NCBI GenBank assembly: GCA_965261665.1
Contig: OZ253467.1
Coordinates: 30,582-94,581 of the forward strand
DNA: 64,000 nucleotides
Reading direction: 5' to 3'
From: Dehalococcoidia bacterium
GTDB lineage: Bacteria; Chloroflexota; Dehalococcoidia; Lucifugimonadales; GCA-2712585
The position numbers were made by a program, and so were the translations under genes. Within the stretch, counting starts at the first letter, position 1, and each line of letters begins with the position of its first letter. The notes under the pieces are model-generated. The model saw nothing but the letters and a program-made list of their open reading frames with translations, was not told the origin of the DNA and made no database searches. Positions 51,952-60,350 of this stretch are shown piece by piece.

Positions 51952-52177
51952 AGCTAACTTCCAAATCTACTTTGTTGTACTAATCTTGTAGCACAGCCGC
52001 ATTTTTCGCGTCAAGACCGCCGCCCCCAACCAGCATGTCATTACTATGAAAATAGCCCGTTCCGCGCCTGCAAATCCCTTCCCCCTTGATGGGGGAAGGT
52101 TAGGATAGGGGTGAACCCCGTGCCCGACAATATTCTTCCCCGTAGTAGCGGTTCACGAACCACCCTTCATCCGCTAA

Positions 52178-52300
52178 AAGACCCCGATCCCAACCGTCAT
52201 TCCGGCCACGAGCCGGAATCCAGGCGTGGGGACTTAGGATTGAACCCCATTTCTATTCTTCCCAATGTGGTCTCTCACTAGCAGTTATGCAAAGGTCTCC
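52178..52300. mobile_element. MITE-like element, copy 4 (degenerate left end)
   Basis: Right TIR GTTATGCAAAGGTCTCC. The interior is collinear with the reverse complement of 60526..60648. Confidence 0.45.
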
Positions 52301-52558
52301 GAAGGCAGGGACCCATCCCTATCCTCGTATGGGCACGGGAACCACCCTTCCCCACCCGTAATTCCGAGTGCAGCGAAGCTAACCGAGGAATCTTGTTGCC
52401 GGGCAACGGCATTTCCCTGTAGGGGCGTCCCTCGTGGGCGCCCTCCCCCTCCCATCACCCTCGCATCCCCACCGGTCTCGACCACGCCCCCTCGTTATTC
52501 CCGCGACAGCGGGCATCTATCTCCCACACCATGGCCTCGGTTCCGCCCCTTCCCAAAA

Positions 52559-52588
52559 GAAGAAGCCCCGCTCGAGCGGGGCTTCTTC
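52559..52588 (-). terminator. Intrinsic terminator of the amidohydrolase gene
   Basis: Perfect palindrome GAAGAAGCCCCGCTC/GAGCGGGGCTTCTTC, followed on the minus strand by TTTTGGG. Confidence 0.65.
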
Positions 52589-52618
52589 AGCAGTTCCTAA
52601 TCTATCCAGCAGTGGATT

Positions 52619-53773
52619 CTAGGCCGAAACCCTTTCACCGTAGAGGCGAGCCGGGTTATCCCACAAAATCTTCCGCTTGCTCTCCTCCGAAATTGGCTGG
52701 TCCAGGAAGTCGGGAAGCGCCTTTTCCGGGTCGGGGGCGTCCGGGTGCGGATAGTCCGTGTTCCACATCAGGTTGTCTGAGCCGATGAGACTCACCACCC
52801 CCGGAAGGGCAAACTCGTCTCCGTCGCAGGCCACGAACACCTGCCGCTTGAAGTATTCGCTGGGCGGCATGGTCATCGGGTTCTCGCTCGCCGTTACAAA
52901 CACGGCCTGTCTTCCCTCGGCATGGTCGTTCAGCCGGCCCAGCCAGAAGGGCACCCAGCCGGCGTTGCCCTCCAGCATGGAAACCCGCAGGTTGGGATAT
53001 CGCTCCAACACGCCCGTATATATCAGGTGGCCCAACGAAATCATATTCTCGAAGGGGAACCCGATAGCGTGCTCCAGCGCGATCAGAGTGCCGGGAACGC
53101 CCTGGTAGCGAGTGCCCGTGTGGGGCGAACCGCTCTGTACGCCATGGAAGGAGATGGGAACGTCCAACTCCACGGCCAGATCCCAGAAGGGATTGAACTC
53201 GTCGTGGTTCCAGAAGACGCCGTCTTTGGGCTTAGGCATCATCACCGTCACCGCGCCCAACTCCGTCACCGCTCGGCGAAACTCGATTAGGGTGTTCTCC
53301 ATGTCGTAGGGCGGAACCGTTGCCACCATCTTCAGCTTATCCGGGTCGGCGGAACAGAATTCACGAGACCAGTTGTGATATGCGCGGGTCAAGGCCCACA
53401 TCAACGCCGGGTCCTTGTCCTCCAGCTTCAGCGGCTGCGCGCCCGTGCCGGGGATGCAGACCATCCTGTCCCAGCCGTACCGCTCCATGTCCCGCAAGCG
53501 GCTCTCCGGGCTCCACCATTCCTCGTAGGCCTCGCCATACTTGATCGGCTGCCGCTCCAGAATCTCCGTAGGACGCAATCGTCCCATCTGGTCCTTGCCC
53601 TTGGGCTGGGCCGGATACAATTCGCTGTCCTCGTAGTCGAACATCAGCCGGTATCGATGTTGCTTGATGATGGGCCGCCGGTCGTAAAATGCCGGCTCCA
53701 CGTGCTTGTCCCACAGGTCCAGAGGTTCCTGCATGTGGGCGTCTGCGTCAATTACTTTGTAGCCGTTAATCAT
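52619..53773 (-). CDS. Amidohydrolase_2 family metal-dependent hydrolase/decarboxylase
   Basis: KVIDADAHMQEP motif. Collinear with 10003..11133 (..LGHLIYTGVLERYPNL.., ..NTDYPHPDAP..). Confidence 0.8.
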   Translation of the reverse strand: MINGYKVIDADAHMQEPLDLWDKHVEPAFYDRRPIIKQHRYRLMFDYEDSELYPAQPKGKDQMGRLRPTEILERQPIKYGEAYEEWWSPESRLRDMERYGWDRMVCIPGTGAQPLKLEDKDPALMWALTRAYHNWSREFCSADPDKLKMVATVPPYDMENTLIEFRRAVTELGAVTVMMPKPKDGVFWNHDEFNPFWDLAVELDVPISFHGVQSGSPHTGTRYQGVPGTLIALEHAIGFPFENMISLGHLIYTGVLERYPNLRVSMLEGNAGWVPFWLGRLNDHAEGRQAVFVTASENPMTMPPSEYFKRQVFVACDGDEFALPGVVSLIGSDNLMWNTDYPHPDAPDPEKALPDFLDQPISEESKRKILWDNPARLYGERVSA

Positions 53774-53867
53774 TGGCCACCGCCTCCTCCTTGAGATTTG
53801 ACTGAAATTATAGATTGGGTGAGAATGAGCGTCAAACCTGCAACCCCAACCCTTATTCCCGCGAAGG

Positions 53868-53989
53868 CAGACCTTTGCATAACCGTCATTCCGGCGAAAG
53901 CCGGAATCCAGAATCGCATGATTCAGCTACGGCAAGAGCCGCCCAATCCCCCTATCTGAATACGATTCGGTAGTTATGCAAAGATCTCC
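53868..53989. mobile_element. MITE-like element, copy 2
   Basis: AGACCTTTGCATAAC ... GTTATGCAAAGATCTCC, with the internal CATTCCGGC-GAAA-GCCGGAATC hairpin. Confidence 0.5.
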
Positions 53990-54047
53990 GACGGCGGGAA
54001 TCCATCCCCCAGCAGATCCCATACCCGCCCGCATCGGTACAATTGGC

Positions 54048-56132
54048 ATGAAGCATCGGCTGCATCTCCTCCTACTCCCCTTGACCGTGGCCCTTGCCCT
54101 GTGGCTCGCTTCTGCTTGTGCCTTGCAAGATGAGGCGTCACCAACCGCTGTTGAGTCCTTCCCCGTAGGCCGCATTCCTCGCGACGTGATCTTCGACGGC
54201 CAGCATATCTGGGTGGCTAACATGGGGTCCGACTCCGTTTCCAAGCTCGCCCTGGACGGCCAGCTTATAGCCGAGTTCCCCGCCGGCTCCCTGCCCCAAG
54301 CCCTCGCCTTCGACGGCTCCAACCTGTGGGTGACTACCGCCACCGGCAAAGTGCTCAAGCTCTCCACCGACGGCGAGATTCTGCACCGGTTCAACGTGGG
54401 CGGAATCCTAACCTCCGCCGTATTCGACGGACGTTACCTCTGGGTGGCCAACACCATCGGCGGCGAAGTGACCAAGATACACCCCACCGGTGGAGTCGAA
54501 GCCGTCTACGAAGTGGGCGTCAAACCGGTAGACCTCCTCTACGACGGGAAGCATATCTGGGTGGCCAACATCGGAAACGACACCATAGTGAAGCTGGACG
54601 CCAACGGCCAAGTCCTCCTCACCGTCTCCGTTGAGCAGCCCGGCGACATGGCCTTCGACGGTCGCAACCTGTGGGTGACCAACACCGGTTTTCCGGTCAT
54701 TCCCGGCTCCACGGTGACAAAGCTGGACACCAACGGACGGCAGCTAGGCGTCTTTCGCACCGGCTCCAACCCCAGCGACATTCTCTACGCCGACGGGTCT
54801 ATCTGGGTGGCCAACGCCCTGAGCGACTTCAACGTCACCGGCACAAACCTCTCCAAACTTTCCCCGGACGGCCTTGCCTTGGGCGCCTACCACGCCGGGA
54901 TCGAGCCTCAAGCCCTCGCCTTCGACGGCGACAACTTGTGGATGGTCAACAGGATTAACGATACCGTCACCAAACTGAGCGCTCGCGGTCTCCCCCACGA
55001 ACCGCCCGTAGAAGCCAGCCATACCCCTCCCGTGAAACGAGACCCCGCCTATCCCAGGGCCCTCGGCATGGCGGGCATAGACCCCAACCACGACCTCCAC
55101 CCCTGGCTCACAGACTTCTCCCTCCACTCCGTGCCCTATAACGAAATAGGGCCCGGCGGGCCTGGACGAGACGGAATTCCACCCATCGACAACCCCAATT
55201 TCGAAACCACTACGGAAGCCGACGCATGGCTTCAGGAACCGGATCCCGTTCTCATCATGGAATTCAACGGCGACGTCAGGGCCTACCCGTTGCAGCTACT
55301 AATCTGGCACGAAATAGTTAACGACGTAGTCGCCGGCGTGCCCGTGGCCGTTACCTACTGTCCCCTTTGCAACTCCGCCGTCGCATTCCGTAGGACCCTG
55401 GATGACACCGTCTACGACTTTGGCACCACCGGCTATCTGCGCCACCTCGACCTCATTATGTGGGATAGACAGACCGAAACTTGGTGGCAGCAGATCACGG
55501 GAGAGGCCATTGTTGGCGAGCTGACTGGCAAACAATTGCAGTTGCTGCCAACCTCCATCGGCCCCTGGAAAGATTTCAAGAAGACCCACCCCGACGGAGA
55601 GGTCCTCTCTCGAAACACCGGCTACGGCAGACCCTACGACCAAAGCCTATATCCATCCCTCGACCGCATCGACGAACAATCCCCCTCCCAGGAAGGCCCC
55701 GGAGGCGTCATCCTACCCGTCATGGAGCGGGTCGTGGGAGTGACCATCGACGAAGTTAGCGTTGCGTTTCCCTACTCAACCCTGGCCCGGGAGCGAGTGG
55801 TCAACTACGCCATTCGCGGAACGGACGTGGTGGTCTTCTACGAGCCGGAAACCCTCACACCGTTTAAAGACTCGGATGAAGAGTCGGATGTCAGGTCAGT
55901 CGGCGCTGCGGGAGTCTTCTCGCCCCACTTGAACGGCCAAAAGCTCACCTTCAAGTTCGCTGAAGGAGCGATAGTAGACGAAGAAACAGGAAGCCGATGG
56001 AACCTTCTCGGCCAGGCCAATGAGGGGCCGCTGACAGGTCAACGTCTGGAGCCTATTCTTCACGGCGACCACTTCTGGTTCGCCTGGACCGCCTTCAACC
56101 CCACCACCCAAACCTACACCCCCACCCCCTAG
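54048..56132 (+). CDS. Secreted beta-propeller (NHL/YncE-like repeats) fused to a DUF3179 domain
   Basis: Signal peptide MKHRLHLLLLPLTVALALWLASAC. About eight ~40-aa blades (..DG..LWV(A/T)N...V.KL..). C-terminal RDGIPPIDNP...TYCPLCNS...WDRQTETWWQQ. The track start at 53976 lies inside a repeat. Confidence 0.7.
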   Translation: MKHRLHLLLLPLTVALALWLASACALQDEASPTAVESFPVGRIPRDVIFDGQHIWVANMGSDSVSKLALDGQLIAEFPAGSLPQALAFDGSNLWVTTATGKVLKLSTDGEILHRFNVGGILTSAVFDGRYLWVANTIGGEVTKIHPTGGVEAVYEVGVKPVDLLYDGKHIWVANIGNDTIVKLDANGQVLLTVSVEQPGDMAFDGRNLWVTNTGFPVIPGSTVTKLDTNGRQLGVFRTGSNPSDILYADGSIWVANALSDFNVTGTNLSKLSPDGLALGAYHAGIEPQALAFDGDNLWMVNRINDTVTKLSARGLPHEPPVEASHTPPVKRDPAYPRALGMAGIDPNHDLHPWLTDFSLHSVPYNEIGPGGPGRDGIPPIDNPNFETTTEADAWLQEPDPVLIMEFNGDVRAYPLQLLIWHEIVNDVVAGVPVAVTYCPLCNSAVAFRRTLDDTVYDFGTTGYLRHLDLIMWDRQTETWWQQITGEAIVGELTGKQLQLLPTSIGPWKDFKKTHPDGEVLSRNTGYGRPYDQSLYPSLDRIDEQSPSQEGPGGVILPVMERVVGVTIDEVSVAFPYSTLARERVVNYAIRGTDVVVFYEPETLTPFKDSDEESDVRSVGAAGVFSPHLNGQKLTFKFAEGAIVDEETGSRWNLLGQANEGPLTGQRLEPILHGDHFWFAWTAFNPTTQTYTPTP

Positions 56133-56304
56133 AACCGGCGAAATGCCATTTTCATTCCGCCCAATAATCGACCCACCGCTTATATGGATCATAATCTATC
56201 TGTGCCCTCTGCCATCGTATTGCGATGCTCCTATTAAGTTTATCGTTCATAAGATACCGTAACGCTTGTCTGTTGAACTCGACGCCCTTTGGAACGGTTT
56301 CAAC

Positions 56305-56514
56305 TTAACCAACATGAGCTTGATTGCACCTTTTCGCCCGATTGTCGGACCCCCACATAACTAGACACAGCCCGCATATAGTGGTCGTAGCTAGGAATTC
56401 ATGCAACTCTTCCTCCTCAAAGAACGTCGGTACTTCACGGATTCCGCACCACGTCTTGAAGAAACTTAGCCCGTCGTCTCCCAAACCGCCTTCCTTGATG
56501 AGGTGCCCTGCCAT
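56305..56514 (-). CDS. Hypothetical protein whose reading frame continues past an in-frame TAA
   Basis: GGGAGGA lies 7 nt upstream of the ATG. After TAA (56305..56307) the same frame stays open for 50 more codons, to TGA at 56152. Confidence 0.35.
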   Translation of the reverse strand: MAGHLIKEGGLGDDGLSFFKTWCGIREVPTFFEEEELHEFLATTTICGLCLVMWGSDNRAKRCNQAHVG

Positions 56515-56730
56515 GATTATGTCCTCCCATCTACATCTCTATATCCGCTCTCACATCACCCACCTTGACTTACAAACCCAAATCTGCGGCTTTCTTCGGT
56601 CAAGCTGGACAATCAACTCCATCCTAACCTGCGTCGCTGTGGTCTAGGTTCTTGACTCGGCGAAGTGATCCTTAAGAGGATCTGAATATCCACTAGTGAA
56701 CATTCGCGAACTCTTAGTGTCTTTTCTGTA

Positions 56731-56895
56731 TCAATCGTCGTACTTCTCTACGTCATCCAAGAAAATTTCAGGATCATCCCACCCTGTCTCCCCACAATGT
56801 GGGCACTGTCTTGGCTGATTGTCGCGGTCTTCAACCATCCAAAGCCATTCACAAAATCCACACAACCAGCATTCAACGCCTACTAAAGGCATCAT
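56731..56895 (-). CDS. Unannotated 54-aa zinc-ribbon mini-protein
   Basis: My own translation: MMPLVGVECWLCGFCEWLWMVEDRDNQPRQCPHCGETGWDDPEIFLDDVEKYDD. CxxCxxC ... CxxC. GGGAGGA abuts the start. Below the 60-aa cut-off of the ORF track. Confidence 0.4.
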   Translation of the reverse strand: MMPLVGVECWLCGFCEWLWMVEDRDNQPRQCPHCGETGWDDPEIFLDDVEKYDD

Positions 56896-57391
56896 TCCTC
56901 CCACATATCAAATGAGTCGCGCGACTATCGCGCAATCCCATCTGCTTTGCAAGTGGTTGGGTTCCCGTAGGTCCCACAATGCATTTGCGAAAATGTGCGC
57001 ACATGGTTTCACAAGAACCGCTAGCTTGGTAATGGAAACAGCACGGAATGCCCTAATCCAAGAAAGTCTTTCAACTTGGAAGACACCGAGGTTCAATTCA
57101 GAGCTAGAACTGGGTCATAGAAGGCTCTATCCAGCTGCCCTTCCTGGTTCAATGCCAATGAGCAGAAAGTGTCCGATAGAAGGACAACATTCGGGACTTC
57201 CAACGATGCAATAAGCTATCCTGCAACCAAAACCCGATGGCTTCAGTTCAGCTACACCAGCCAAGGTTCAGGATGTGATCAACACCTCTGACCCATCCTC
57301 TTCGCCGGCAAATTCTATTTCGTCTAGCACGGCACCAGCCCTACTACCCAACGCCAGACCAACAGCCTCGGGGAAGACCTACAACAGCCCA

Positions 57392-58003
57392 CTAGCGAAC
57401 TCTGTTGAACACCTTCGCAAGGTGATACTCCAAAAACTCCGATCTAACTGGATGTTTGGCAACTTCTAGAGTCCTCCCTGCCTCCAACACTCGATCATCT
57501 ATAGCAACAATCGCCAAGCTTAATGGGTGAACTGCGATAACGCCGTAGTCCATCATGGCATGATGATTGGGGCAGAGCACCAACATATTGCTCTCGATAT
57601 CTAGTCCGGCGTGCCCGCCTCCTAAGGGTCGCACGTGATGAGACTCGGCATAAAGCGCACCGGACGGGAGCCTGAACGATAATCGACAAATCTGACACTG
57701 AAAGTCGTAGAGCATCTTCAAGAAGCGGCTCAACGCCGAGTCCCGAATTATTCGGTGTACCTCACTGACCCGCCTTGGAGGAGCATCACTTCTGACACCT
57801 GTGATGCGAAGCATCCGCTGCTTTATTTCTTCTTCGTCCGTCCCATATTCTATGCCCTCATTATCCCCTACATGATAGTCTACGGCCACAACGTCTCTGG
57901 CTTGGAAGAACCTTTGCCGCCACTCCAAGAAACCGTCCAATCCCGCCTCCTCCCAGTACTGAATGCCAGGAAACGAAGTCCTGGCCTGAGACGGCCTTGG
58001 CAT
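57392..58003 (-). CDS. McrA-like HNH endonuclease (possibly the 3' part of a frameshifted longer gene)
   Basis: CQICR...YAESHHVRPLGGGHAGLDIESNMLVLCPNHHAMMDYG, an HNH motif of McrA type. Overlaps ORF 57861..58226 in another frame. Confidence 0.65.
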   Translation of the reverse strand: MPRPSQARTSFPGIQYWEEAGLDGFLEWRQRFFQARDVVAVDYHVGDNEGIEYGTDEEEIKQRMLRITGVRSDAPPRRVSEVHRIIRDSALSRFLKMLYDFQCQICRLSFRLPSGALYAESHHVRPLGGGHAGLDIESNMLVLCPNHHAMMDYGVIAVHPLSLAIVAIDDRVLEAGRTLEVAKHPVRSEFLEYHLAKVFNRVR

Positions 58004-58229
58004 AGTTTGGGAACACCGAAGAATCCCTATGCATCAACCCCCTAGCCTGCGTCTCTCTCAAATCTATCTGCAAGTCCCGCCGGTAGTAGTCACGTAGACT
58101 TTGCACTATTGAGACATCTTCCCCCTTAAGACGCCTCTCTATAATCCCCAGATAGAATTCAAACCCAAGCTCCACGGCGTGCGGGTTTGTCCTCCACTGA
58201 ACCCGCTCAATGTGCTCTTCATCCATTCG

Positions 58230-60278
58230 CTACTCTGTCCCCTCCCCCTCCCCCACGCTCTCCGCCAAAAGTTCCAGCAGGTCCTTCACCTTCTTCTCCG
58301 ACGCCACGCCTTTCGCCTCTACCCCTTCCTCCAGCATCTGCAGGCAGAAGGGGCACGACACTCCCACCGTCTCCGCGCCCGTCTCCAGAAAGTGCTCCGT
58401 CCTCACGTGATTGATGCGGGTGCCCCGGCTCTCCTCTATCCACATATGCCCGCCGCCGGCCCCGCAGCAGAACCCCCGCTCTCGACACCTCGGCTCCATC
58501 TCCACAAGCTTCAATCCCGGAATCGCCTTAGCGATGCGACGGGGCTCGTCGTATATGCCGTTATGTCGCCCTAGGAAGCACGAGTCGTGATAGGCCACCT
58601 CTCCCACAACCCGGTTCACCGGGCGCAGACGTCCCTCCCTGATTAGCACGTCCACCATCTGACTGTAGTGCATCACCTCATAGCTGCCCCCCAGTTCGGG
58701 ATACTCGTTGCGAAGGGTGTTGAAGCAGTGGGGGCACGTGGCTACAACTTTCTTCACGCCGTAGCCGTTCAGCGTCTCGATGTTCTGCCGCGCCATCATC
58801 TGGAACAGGTACTCGTTGCCCATCCGACGGGCCGGGTCGCCTGTGCACCGTTCTTCCTCTCCCAGAATGGCGAAATCCACCCCCGCCCGTTGCAGCACCC
58901 GCGCCATGGAGCGGGCGATACGCTGGCTCTTTGCTTCCAACGCCGACGTGCAGCCAACCCAGAACAGCACCTCCGCCTCTGGGTGTTCCGCCATGGTCTT
59001 AACGCCCAACCCTTCGGCCCAGTGGGTGCGAGAAAACTCGCTGCCCCGCCACGGATGGCCCCGCTGCTCCATGCTCAACAGGGCGTCCCTGGCCGTGGCA
59101 GGCATCTTCGACTCTTCCAACACCAGGTGCCGCCGCATATCCATAATCGTCGGCACGTGTTCCACCTGCACCGGGCACTCCTCCATGCACGCCCCGCACG
59201 ACACGCAGTCCCAGATGGCCTCCTCTGCTACCACGCCGCCTATTAACAGCTTAGCGTCGGGCGAATCATTACCCTCTCTGATTCCGTCCCCCACCTCCAA
59301 CAGATGGTCTTTGATATCCTCCACCACGTGCATGGGCGAAAGGATCTTGCCGCTTATATTCGCCGGGCAGACGTCGGTGCAGCGACCGCACACGGCGCAC
59401 GCGTAGCCGTCCAGCAGCTGCTTCCAACTGAACTGGTCCACCCGTCCGGCCCCAAAGTGCTCCGCCGTTTCCAGGTCAATCGCCTCCATGGTCCCCGAAG
59501 GCTTCAACGAGTGGAAGTAGGCGTTAAATGGCGTTGCCACCATGTGCATGTGCTTGGAGAACGGTATGTACACGGCAAAGCCCAGAATCAACAGCAGGTG
59601 CGCCCACCAGAAGAGGCCGTGAAGAAGGTTCGCCCCGTTTATTCCCAGTCCCGCGTCTTGCATCAAGCGGCCCAAAGCCCCGCCGACGATGACCGACGAC
59701 TCCGGCCCGGACCCGCCCTTCGCCACGTAGAAGGATTCGGTGAGAAGGGTGCTCACCATCAGCGCCCCAATGAGCGAAACGATGATAATCGCGTCGCGGC
59801 TGCGCGTCAAATCGAAGCTGAGACGATGGGGCTTCACTAACCACCGTCGAATCACCGCCCACGTCAGGGCAGACAAGATCACCAGGGCCACCAAGTCCAG
59901 GCACATGGCATAGGCCTGCGCTCCCGCCTCCGTGAGAATAGTTTCGGAGAAGGGTCGCCACGCCGAATCGCCGAAGATGAATATCCCATAGCTGAGCAGG
60001 AACGAAAGGAACCCGAAGAATATCAGGGCGTGGCCGATGCCCGCCAAGTCTTTGAATGAGACCCGCTGCATCACCTTGCGCTGGCCTAGAAATACGAGCA
60101 GGAAGTTGACCAGTCGACGCCACGGCTGATCGAACCTGGCTTCCCGACGGCCCAGCAGCACAAGCCGAACCACCCGCCTGTAGAAGAGTGCGCCCGAGAC
60201 CCCGAGGGTGGCCGCCAAAGCAGCAAAAACACCCACCCAAATGGGCAACACGCCAAAGATTGACTCGGGAGGGACCAT
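58230..60278 (-). CDS. Membrane-bound Fe-S oxidoreductase: NarI/DsrM-like TM domain fused to an HdrD/DsrK/GlpC-like domain
   Basis: Six N-terminal TM helices, two ferredoxin motifs (CAVCGRCTDVCP, CVSCGACMEECP) and two CCG-type Cys-rich regions (..ATCPHC.., ..GFCCGAGGG..). Confidence 0.8.
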   Translation of the reverse strand: MVPPESIFGVLPIWVGVFAALAATLGVSGALFYRRVVRLVLLGRREARFDQPWRRLVNFLLVFLGQRKVMQRVSFKDLAGIGHALIFFGFLSFLLSYGIFIFGDSAWRPFSETILTEAGAQAYAMCLDLVALVILSALTWAVIRRWLVKPHRLSFDLTRSRDAIIIVSLIGALMVSTLLTESFYVAKGGSGPESSVIVGGALGRLMQDAGLGINGANLLHGLFWWAHLLLILGFAVYIPFSKHMHMVATPFNAYFHSLKPSGTMEAIDLETAEHFGAGRVDQFSWKQLLDGYACAVCGRCTDVCPANISGKILSPMHVVEDIKDHLLEVGDGIREGNDSPDAKLLIGGVVAEEAIWDCVSCGACMEECPVQVEHVPTIMDMRRHLVLEESKMPATARDALLSMEQRGHPWRGSEFSRTHWAEGLGVKTMAEHPEAEVLFWVGCTSALEAKSQRIARSMARVLQRAGVDFAILGEEERCTGDPARRMGNEYLFQMMARQNIETLNGYGVKKVVATCPHCFNTLRNEYPELGGSYEVMHYSQMVDVLIREGRLRPVNRVVGEVAYHDSCFLGRHNGIYDEPRRIAKAIPGLKLVEMEPRCRERGFCCGAGGGHMWIEESRGTRINHVRTEHFLETGAETVGVSCPFCLQMLEEGVEAKGVASEKKVKDLLELLAESVGEGEGTE

Positions 60279-60350
60279 CTACCCTACTCCTTCAACAAAA
60301 TATGCAGCAGATTGCGTTCAGGGTAGTTTAGCACTATCCCCCGCCCACAC

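Noticed and set aside
53976-54047. The ORF-track start at 53976 for the propeller-DUF3179 gene.
   Set aside because: The first 24 codons lie inside MITE copy 2 (ATGCAAAGATCTCC...). The signal peptide begins at ATG 54048.
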